From assembly GCA_951406725.2 (NCBI GenBank), contig OX597827.1, forward strand, positions 37,324,001 through 37,388,000: a stretch of 64,000 bases of DNA. The letters run 5' to 3'. The notes beneath the pieces are model-generated. The model had not been told where the DNA came from, searched no databases, and worked only from the letters and a program-made list of their open reading frames with translations. Made by a program: the position numbers and the translations under genes. How positions within the stretch are numbered: the first letter of the stretch is position 1; each line of letters begins with the position of its first letter. This document shows positions 57,699-64,000 of this stretch, piece after piece. This DNA is from Octopus vulgaris. Taxonomy: Eukaryota.

Positions 57699-59905
57699 GT
57701 GAGTCATTATTTTTATTGTTTACTGAGTCTGTAAATTTACCACATCTTTTAGATTCAATATGAGCTAATGAGAGGTTCTGTACATGAGCATTTACCAGCT
57801 AGAAACAGCAGCCAAATCTTCCTCATCACACTCTGCTGTGTTAAGGAAGTGTTAAGGAATAATGCTAATAGATCTTCATTGATTTCAGCAATGAATGTTT
57901 TGTTGTTCAAGCTGAACCTCCTACTCATTGAATTATAGTGAATATTCTGCAAACATGTGTATTCTTAATATAATCATCAGAGTGAGTCAGTGTGACAAGG
58001 CATAACCTTTGAATTACAGACACGATCTATCTACAGGGTTTCCATACAGTTGCTATGCACCCAATTGAACTCTCAAGGCTTGGATGATCCTGAGACTATG
58101 GTAAAAGACAATTGCTTTAGATATCATGGAGAGGGATTGAACCTGAGACCTTGTGGTCACAAAGTGGACTTTTTAACTTCTGGCCATGATCCATGAGTAA
58201 TGATGTAATTCTGTAATTACTTGTCTGGGTAAAAATACAGACTACTCATGGCTGCAATGCTGTTGATTATATATCTTCTGCTGCTCAGTCACATTTAACT
58301 TATTGTACTGTATTATCTAACTTCTGCCATTCAGTCACATTTTACCAGTTATAGTGTATTCTGTACAAAGGCTACTGTACAGTGTGTTGATGTACAGAAT
58401 AACAAATCTACAAGTCAACAGTTCATATTCTATCAGCAGTACTGTGTTGCCTATGATCAAGAACACACTTGACTGTTAAATAGTTCAGTCTACCTAGTTG
58501 TAAGAAGGGAATACCTCAACACTGCAAATATCAGTATAATAATACTGATGTGTGTTTCATTAGCTCACTGTGTTCAGCTCCACCTCCTGGATTGTTGTTT
58601 AATCTCAGGCTAACTTTAATTGAGCAAACCAATGATTTAAAGTATTTCAACCATGGCCATCCTCTCTTTTTTAAGCTATCTTGAAATACATTTTCTAATA
58701 TATCCTATAAGATGGTACAGTGTGACTGTATGAAGATTTTGCTGCTATTTTTAGCAGGTCAAGTGAGCAACCACATATAGTATTTCTTAACTAGAGTGCA
58801 TGACCATTTTGTATGATATATTTTAAATCTGTTTTAGGCTAATTCTTTGATTTGAATGATAATTTTTTTCTTACAGTTTTCCATCTATGCTAAAATAAAT
58901 AAACCCAATTAAAATTTGTTCCAATTAATTATATTTCCTTTTGTTTTGTTAAAATAAAAATGTTTTCTTGTTATTTTGTAATTTTTAATTAACCTGGTAT
59001 TGTTATTTTAAAAATAAAGCAATACCTGATTATAATGGCTGTAGTTTCAAGTATTTGATCAGGTAACACACATTGCTCCTATCTATTTATCTGAAAAGGA
59101 GTACTGCCTCACAGATTATTTGCTCAAAATCTTACAAAGACACGTTGATGTTTAGCATACTCTAGATGGATGGTGAAAAGGATATGGTGCAAATTCCCGT
59201 TCATGAAGAAGGAATCTCAAGTAAAATGTTGAGAAATCCTGTTACAAAGTTTCTATTGCTATATTGGCATGAAATAGCAGAAGATTCCCACTCTATCAGG
59301 CTGAATTTTCTTGATATTTTATGTGGAGTTGACATGTTCAGTGATGAGTTAATGACTCAGTGTATTGTAGGAGATACTGCTCAGTCTTGAGTTAATATTA
59401 TTCAGTATTTTCTTTCATTATTTGTTGAGTCCAAAAGAAGCACTGCCCATGTCCTTTGCAGGCCTTCCAAGATTTGTGAAGTTGGTGCCACTAATGTTCA
59501 GTTGCAGGTCAACTCCTGCAAGACAGACAGAAACACAGAGAAAATCCTAGAGGGAAGATGTTCTGGAGGTATGAGACCATCATCTAGTTGTGAGGAACAG
59601 AGACCATTGTAGTAGTATAAAGCAACAGTATACATAAAGAGTTGAATAATAAAACAAAGTATACTGCACTGTGTCTGGTTTACTGCCAATGCTAGATCTA
59701 TATAATTACCCCTTAAATTTAAGTAACTAATTCATTATTTAAATCTTTCTTCATCACAGAAATTATCTTTCATGTTGGTAAATTTCAGTTTATGATAAAA
59801 CCAGAGTGTTATGTGTGTTAGCATAGATAGCAAATAAAATTGGCATGGAGAATGGCGTGGAAAATACCATAAAAACTTGTTAATTATTATATTCCTTCAA
59901 TAAAG

Positions 59906-60089
59906 GTCAATTTGGCATCCCTATGGACACTATTCTATTCTCCATTGTACAAGCATTGAACCAGTTTATGGATAACCAAGTAACAGAGAGCTGTCTCAAA
60001 GAAATACACATTGTTGATCGTTCTCCTGAAACTTGTAAAGTCATGGAACAGTTCCTCACTATATACTGGCCAAAGAACATATCACCAAG
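59906..60089 (+). CDS. Next exon of the macrodomain gene
   Basis: Acceptor TAAAG|GT; the phase-1 join gives ...TG|QFGIPMDTILFSIVQALNQF...CLKEIHIVD, the macrodomain C-terminal motif; donor AAG|GTAAGA. Confidence 0.85.
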
Positions 60090-60490
60090 GTAAGAGAGTT
60101 ATACAAGGTGTAGTAGTGTAGGTAGCTAAATAGTTGAATGATCTCCCTTGCAAGAAAGATTATAGAGTAACTTCTCTTTTCTAAGTTTCTCAAAGCATCT
60201 GTGTCATGAAACATGATACTTAATTATTCAAGAAGCTTATCAGTTCTCTTGGAAATTTCTAGAATGTCTAGTATTCCATTACTAAAAACAGATTGCTAAC
60301 CTGACTTTTCGCATCATTGCTATGTCTGTCTATTACTCTATGCCACATGACTGAAAACCACCACTTAGCTGTTATTTCTACATTTTCTATCTCTGAACTT
60401 TCTTGCATAGATTACTTCATTCAACTAGATTCTACAATTTGATTCTATGTATCATCATTGACCAGTAAATAAAATATATTTTATGTAGTA

Positions 60491-60875
60491 CTAGCAGTAT
60501 CGCCCGGCGTTGCTCGGGTTGTAAGGGAAATAACTATATAAGCATTTTTAGAGAGTTATAGCAAAAAAATGCATTAAAAATTGAAAAAAAATTAAGGTAA
60601 ATTTTTTTTTTAAATCGTTGACACATCGTAGATATTTTTAGAGAGTTACTTCCCTTATATAAAAGCGAAAAAAATGCATTCAAATGGAAAAATATGATGG
60701 TAAATTTTTTTTAAATCGTAGACTCATCGTAGACGCGCGCTAATACCCAGAAGGGCTCGACATGAATCACGACTATAAGATACCCGCTTCTGGTTAAACT
60801 GCACAGCAAAATGTGGGAGTAGTTACGAATCTAAATCGAAGGGGACAGACACACAACTTCACTCTTATATAAAGA
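60491..60875 (-). mobile_element. Non-autonomous Helitron
   Basis: On the minus strand: A|TCTTTATATAAGAGTG... through a CCCG...CGGG hairpin to CTAG|T. Confidence 0.8.
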
Positions 60876-61249
60876 TGCTTATTTTTTTTCAGTCATAGAG
60901 TTAGATTTATGAAGGTCTTCAGTAGAAAATCCTTCGAATTCTGACTCGCTGCTTGATATAATGAAATTCGTATCCATTTTTTGTCAGAATTACAAATTTT
61001 GAAAACACAATAGGAACAAATTTCGGAAAAAAATCTCCCATAATTCACGGAATTAAAATTACACTTCGATTTTTGTACAAAACTGTATTTGAAGTGTTTA
61101 CGAAGTATAATACGTGTTTTCACGAATTTACTAAAGAGATTTACTCTGATATTCTCATTTATATATATGAATAGGTAAATTCGGGCGGTTTGGTAACGAA
61201 AGGGTTTATATAAGTGTCGTCTGTTTATACATAAACACTGTTTCATACT

Positions 61250-61654
61250 TTCAGTTTAGTCTTGCTCAAATCACTCTGTCGCTAATTTACTCTCTTCCAA
61301 GAACATTTTCACTCACTGTTATCTGTTAGCTTCCCATACATTTTACTCATGTATCTATCAGCGTGATAGACAGAAACAAATATTACATTTACTTTCATTT
61401 TATTCGTCGCACACTGTGTGTGTGCGTTTGCGTGTGGTGTAAACCAGACTAAGAAAAGCATTTGACACACACACCAGAATGTGAGTTTTCTGTAAATTTT
61501 GCTTAATTGGAGTTTAAATTTTAAAAACTGGACCTGGCATGACGTGATGAATTGTACTCTCAAAATTGCTAGGTAAATTGTAATTGAAGAAATCCTATAT
61601 TGTAGATTTGTATAACTCCCAAAGGGAGGCAGATAAAATCTGCCTTTTATAATA

Positions 61655-61699
<45 letters not shown>

Positions 61700-62260
61700 T
61701 CTTGAATTTATTCTTTCATCTCTGTATGAACTCTTTTATTAACATACACACAGCCACATCAACACCTTGTACTGACTATATATTCTCACTACAAAGGTAA
61801 GAACTGTAACTGTATGAAATGTTATCTCTTATTATAAAAGGCAGATTTTATCTGCCTCCCTTTGTCAGTTATAGAAATCTACAATATAGGATTTCTTCAA
61901 TTACAATTTACCTAGCATTTTTAAGAGTAGAATGCATCGGGTCATGCCAGGTCCAGTTTTTAAAATTTAAACTCCAATTAAGCAAAATTTACAGAAAACT
62001 CACATTCTGGTGTGTATGTCAAATGCTTTTCTTAATGTGGTTTACACCACACGCACACACACAGTGTGCAACGAATAAAATGAAAGTAATTCACTGTGTG
62101 TGTGTTGACAGGTAGACAATAGAATGCGATGGCGATGTAATATTTGTTTCTGTCTATCACGCTGATAGATACATGAGTAAAATGTATGGCAAGCTAAGAG
62201 ATAAGAGTGAGTGAAAATGTTCTTGGAAGAGAGTAAATAGCGAGAGTGATTTGAGGAAGA
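61250..62260. mobile_element. Two divergently oriented copies of a second repeat family with Helitron-like 5' ends (about 61250-61658 minus, 61825-62260 plus)
   Basis: Both start (TC)TCTTATTATAAAAGGCAGATTTTATCTGCCTCCC and are reverse complements over ~400 bp. Confidence 0.65.
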
Positions 62261-62313
62261 CTTTACATTAAATAACCGTAGTGGCTTGTATATATATATA
62301 TATATACATACAT

Positions 62314-62578
62314 AAGACAGTAAGGTGTGATTTGAGGGAGATTTGGCTGCTATTTCTACCATGTCTAGCTGCCATGTAGGGGACTCCCTCATAGGCTCAT
62401 ACATACATATATACATAGATAAGACAGTAAGGTGTGATTTGGGGAAAATTTGGCTGCTATTTCTACCAGGTCTAGCTACCATGTAGAGGTCCCCCTCATT
62501 GGCTCATATATATATATACATACATAAGACAGTAAGGTGTGATTTGAGGGAGATTTGGCTGCTGTTTCTACCAGGTCT
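62314..62578. repeat. Three ~105-bp tandem units carrying ATTTGGCTGCTATTTCTA
   Basis: AAGACAGTAAGGTGTGATTTG restarts at about 62314, 62421 and 62526. Confidence 0.8.
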
Positions 62579-62915
62579 GTTAGGCCTTCTCATGTAAACT
62601 CAAGCTTTCTCATGCCTTGAACATAAGACCAAAGCAGAGAATGTATTCTTTTATTCTTCTGCTTTTTCCAGCCATTGGTCTGTGGCCATGCTGGGGCAAT
62701 GCCTTGAAGAATTGTAGTTTAATGAATCAACTCCAGTTTTATTTTTGTAAGCATTGTACTTATTCTATCTGTTTCCTTTGTCAAACCACTAGGTGACAGG
62801 GATGTAAACAAACCAACATTCGTTGTCAAGCAGTGGTGGAGGACAATCACAAGCACAGACACGCACACACACACACACATACATGTATACACATATACAC
62901 ACATACATATATATA

Positions 62916-63172
62916 TTGCAGCGTGGAAGGTGTTTGTAAGCCATTTAAGAAACACACAAAAACCGTTAGATTCACTTCAACATTTAAATTTAATTTGCCA
63001 AAATATATTCCTCGCTTTGAGACCGCGACCTGTTCACTGACAAAAATATCGTGCTAACAGGTCGCGGTCTCAAAGCGACGAAAATATTTTGACAAATTAA
63101 ATTTAAATGTTGAAGTGAATCTAACGGTTTTTGTGTTTCTTAAATGGCTTATAAACACCTTCAACGCTGCAA
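62916..63172. mobile_element. Foldback module with a hammerhead-like motif (G3-C8 variant)
   Basis: ~120 bp inverted arms around a ~20 bp centre. Confidence 0.7.
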
Positions 63173-63240
63173 CTGTTTTCGTTCCAGCACACGATCTCAG
63201 ATCAAGTCACTTGCTATGCATGTACATCTCTGTAACTATA

Positions 63241-63278
<38 letters not shown>

Positions 63279-63341
63279 TGGTAAAAACAGTAAGATAACA
63301 AAAGAAAGAAAGAGACCTCAATATTATGTAAATAGAGGAAA

Positions 63342-63735
63342 TCTTTATATATAAAAGTGAGGTTGTGTGTCTGTCTCCTACGATTTAGATTCCTAACTAC
63401 TCCCACATTTTGCGGTGCAGTTTAACCAAAACCGGGTATCTTATAGTCGTGATTCATATCGAGACCGTCTGGGTATTAGCGCGCGTCTACGATGAGTCTA
63501 CGATTTAAAAAAAATTTACCATCAATTTTTCCCATTTTTAATCCATTTTTGACATATATAAGGGAAGTAACTCTCTAAAATTTATTATTAAATCTCAGAA
63601 CGTAAAAAGCTACAGTAACACCCCTCCCCCTTTGTGGTTAGCCATATTGAGATGGCTATTATACTTTACATCTCTAAAAATGCTTATATAATTATTTCCC
63701 TTACAAACCCGAACAACGCCGGGCGATACTGCTAG
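63342..63735 (+). mobile_element. Non-autonomous Helitron
   Basis: A|TCTTTATATATAAAAGTG ... CCCGAACAACGCCGGG CGATACTGCTAG|T. Confidence 0.85.
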
Positions 63736-64000
63736 TAGTTATATAAAAGTTTTACAATGATGTCACTGTTTTATAAGAAAGAATCTTATTCTTCAAAGGA
63801 GAATCAATTATTTCATTGTAAATATATAAATACATTCCCTCATCATTATTTTGTGTCTATTTTTCATGCTGGCTTATTGGGCATCAGATGCTGCTCATTT
63901 ATGTCATTTAGGCTTGGTTTCTCTAGTTTCTAGCTGCTCTTCCTATCACCAGCCACTTAACAGATTCTACTGAATGTTTTCTTGTAGCACCAGCGCTAGA

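Noticed and set aside
59166-59390. 74-aa ORF as an extra exon of the macrodomain gene
   Set aside because: A phase-1 join from 57698 gives an immediate stop, whereas the 59906 exon completes the domain cleanly.

Overview
This is AT-rich, microsatellite-dense eukaryotic (metazoan) DNA. The SINE/RTE/Penelope content and the repeated GAAATAGCAGCCAAAT motif suggest a coleoid cephalopod such as Octopus; this is inference. Host genes: (i) a ~2.8-kb Ser-rich, poly-His/poly-Thr coding exon on the minus strand (14.7-17.5 kb), broken by several frameshifts; (ii) two spliced exons on the plus strand (56.9-57.7 and 59.9-60.1 kb) encoding a divergent macrodomain protein. Mobile DNA: a near full-length RTE LINE with a PHD-type finger and an upstream 134-bp tandem array, two truncated RTE copies, many RTE-tail and tRNA-derived SINEs, a decayed CR1-like LINE, a hAT relic, two Penelope-like elements (PLEs), non-autonomous Helitrons and MITE/foldback elements. 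There is also a 4.3-kb 43-bp satellite next to an assembly gap. The most notable signal is a set of short inverted-repeat (foldback) modules and PLE 3' ends that fold as minimal type-I hammerhead ribozymes. Two of them carry compensatory changes of the catalytic 3-8 base pair (G3-C8 and U3-A8). All RNA folds were read by eye and are untested.
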